A program made the position numbers and the translations under genes. Shown in pieces: positions 63,821 through 64,000 of a stretch of 64,000 nt of DNA; the stretch's first letter is position 1; every line of letters begins with the position of its first letter. This DNA comes from Eledone cirrhosa (taxonomy: Eukaryota), in the NCBI GenBank assembly GCA_964016885.1, contig OZ024741.1:328290001-328354000 (forward strand). The letters are read 5' to 3'. The notes under the pieces are model-generated. The model saw only the letters and a list, made by a program, of their open reading frames with translations. It did no database searches and was not told where the DNA came from.

Positions 63821-64000
63821 AGGGTACCAAGAAAAATATTGGTACGCTTTCATCAGATAAAATACAAAGTTTGTTTTATAAAATATAGCAGTAAATTTCA
63901 GCAAGTTTTGCTCAACAAATAATTTGGAGAAAATATAGGAGTGAAAATTTTAGTAAGTAAGTTAATTTTTAAAATTTTCTTATTTTACGTCTTTCATATA

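Overview
AT-rich, microsatellite-saturated eukaryotic (animal) non-coding DNA. No host protein-coding gene can be supported. The tRNA/Nin-Deu-type SINE sequences resemble those of octopod cephalopods (inference). The window is almost entirely decayed mobile elements nested in microsatellites. It holds five Penelope-like retroelement (PLE; RT + C-terminal GIY-YIG) copies inserted in (TA)n, two of them with long inverted terminal repeats; two R4/Dong-type RT+RLE LINE families (one at (TACA)n, one at (TAA)n); RTE- and L1/Tx1-type remnants; a Helitron helicase relic and a non-autonomous Helitron; and many SINE pieces. The most striking signal, read by eye, is about 20 type-I hammerhead ribozyme motifs (intact, degenerate or truncated). 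Most have a palindromic stem III and many have an unusually long (60-100 nt) stem II. They sit in PLE terminal repeats and in numerous ORF-less fold-back (hairpin) modules bounded by (TA)n, i.e. a retrozyme-like family of non-autonomous PLE derivatives. All structures were assigned manually and no folding or database search was run.
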